From assembly GCA_965112155.1 (NCBI GenBank), contig OZ218109.1: a stretch of DNA of 64,000 nt; one strand, written 5' to 3'. This DNA is from Podarcis liolepis (lineage: Eukaryota). The translations under genes and the position numbers were made by a program. Each line of letters starts with the position of its first letter. Positions within the stretch are counted from its first letter, which is position 1. Shown here piece by piece: positions 62,644 to 64,000 of this stretch. The notes beneath the pieces were generated by a model. The model saw only the letters and a list, made by a program, of their open reading frames with translations. It was not told the DNA's origin and made no database searches.

Positions 62644-63919
62644 CGATGAACGGTGGATAGTATTATGCTCCTACTGTAATTTTTGGAAAGTTGTAAAATT
62701 TAATTTTGCCTTAGGTTGTCTCCTCACTTTCCATTTGGACACCGCTTAAGATAGCACAACCAAATTTTGTGTGATGGTTCATGAAACCAAGAGCAGGTTT
62801 ATGTTAATGTTTGGATAAAATTGGGTGCCATTTTGAAACAGGATGGTGGACTGAACCTTTCAAAACTGCCCATTTCAGTCACAGATTTCAAAACCACACT
62901 TTTTACTTTAAAGAATTCCCAAGCAACCCTGGGCTGCTAGCATCAGATCAATTGCCCTCAATATTGCATCGCTGCATTGTTACTGCCCGCAACCAGGTTA
63001 GCCCTTTGAAGCCCAGCTACATAGGAGAGGGCCCATCACATAACATTTTGCCAAAGGCCCCCTTATCTTTGGAGCCAGTCTGGCTTGTTTACATGGGGAA
63101 AATATAGGTACTGACCTTGTTGAAGGATGTCGTGCAACCCTATCTGTATGCTACAATAGTTCCTGCTCAAATGTTATTTAATGCTTGAGTGATAAGCACA
63201 AATTAATCAACTAAAGCTTTTCCTGTCATGAAGGCTAGCTTTATGTTTGTTGTGCAGCTGTCAAAGGCAGAAGAGCTCTGCCATAAAAAAGTTGGCAATC
63301 CTGATATGAAATGAAAGGCATAGTTTAGGCATTACAATTCCATTAGCTTCTGTTAACATTAAAAACAGATGTCCAATACTGCTGAAATGTGAGGAGCAAA
63401 CTTTTTTAAAACCCCCCCCCCCACACACAAAAACCACCTAGCCTTTATCCTGGCCTGCTGTCTGCAACCCACCTCCACCCCACGTAAGTCCCCCTGCCAG
63501 GTAGTCTCCCCATGGGAGTCAAGATGCACCTTTGAGGAGACATGTAGAAACAGTCATTTCAATTATTAGTTAGTATTTTTATGTTTATTTTATCAATTGT
63601 TTTATGCTGTCTTTATAACTGATACTTTATATGAGTTGGTGATAGACAAATGTTTTTATAAGTCAATAAAGATGGATGAATGGCGTTCTCTCCCACAATT
63701 CTGCCTATGGAATCCTACCTTTTATGTGCCTCCAGTAGCTTTTAAATGGTACTATATCTTCAGCTACCTGTTTTTTTAAAAAACCATCCATTGTTTTTAT
63801 TACGGTTTTTAAACTTGCGCTTGTATTGTTTTATTTCCCAGTGTATATCTGATGTTTCTGCTGCTGTTCATCTTATGATTTCAGTATATTTTTGCCCATG
63901 CTTTTTATTGTAAGCCATC

Positions 63920-63953
<34 letters not shown>

Positions 63954-63963
63954 GTGTGTGTGT
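63920..63963. repeat. Compound (GTT)n(GT)n microsatellite
   Basis: Seen directly. Confidence 0.9.
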
Positions 63964-64000
63964 CTGAAAAGGCGAGTTTCAAACATTTTAAATAAATAAA

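Noticed and set aside
62441-62749. ORF spanning X residues
   Set aside because: Artefact of the 132-N assembly gap.

Overview
This is eukaryotic vertebrate DNA, almost certainly from a squamate and most likely a lacertid lizard, judging from its Sauria/Squam1, Squam3 and Squam2-like SINEs and BovB. The window lies inside the cytoplasmic dynein 1 intermediate chain 1 gene (DYNC1I1) on the + strand. Bases 1-50180 appear to be one very long intron. Three in-frame coding exons follow: 50181-50270, 58692-58854 and 60478-60577. None of the short six-frame ORFs is an independent gene; they are transposon relics, microsatellites or chance. The introns are densely layered with SINEs, LINE 3' fragments (L1, L2, CR1, BovB, Penelope-like) and TA- or 8-bp-TSD MITEs, with several nested insertions whose order can be read. 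The most interesting observations are: (1) an 827-bp CpG-rich non-coding element with imperfect inverted termini (40355-41181) carrying duplicated sense-strand splice acceptors and a poly(A) signal, a possible gene trap or recursive splice site for DYNC1I1; (2) minimal hammerhead-ribozyme motifs in Penelope-like fragments; (3) two independent L1 3' fragments sharing the same 5' end; (4) a multi-event insertion and duplication hotspot at 8.3-9.8 kb that includes a BovB fragment with a 46-bp perfect TSD; (5) repeat-poor, motif-rich candidate enhancers. I found no prokaryote-type system such as CRISPR or operons. Repeat family names come from recalled consensus resemblance, not from database searches.
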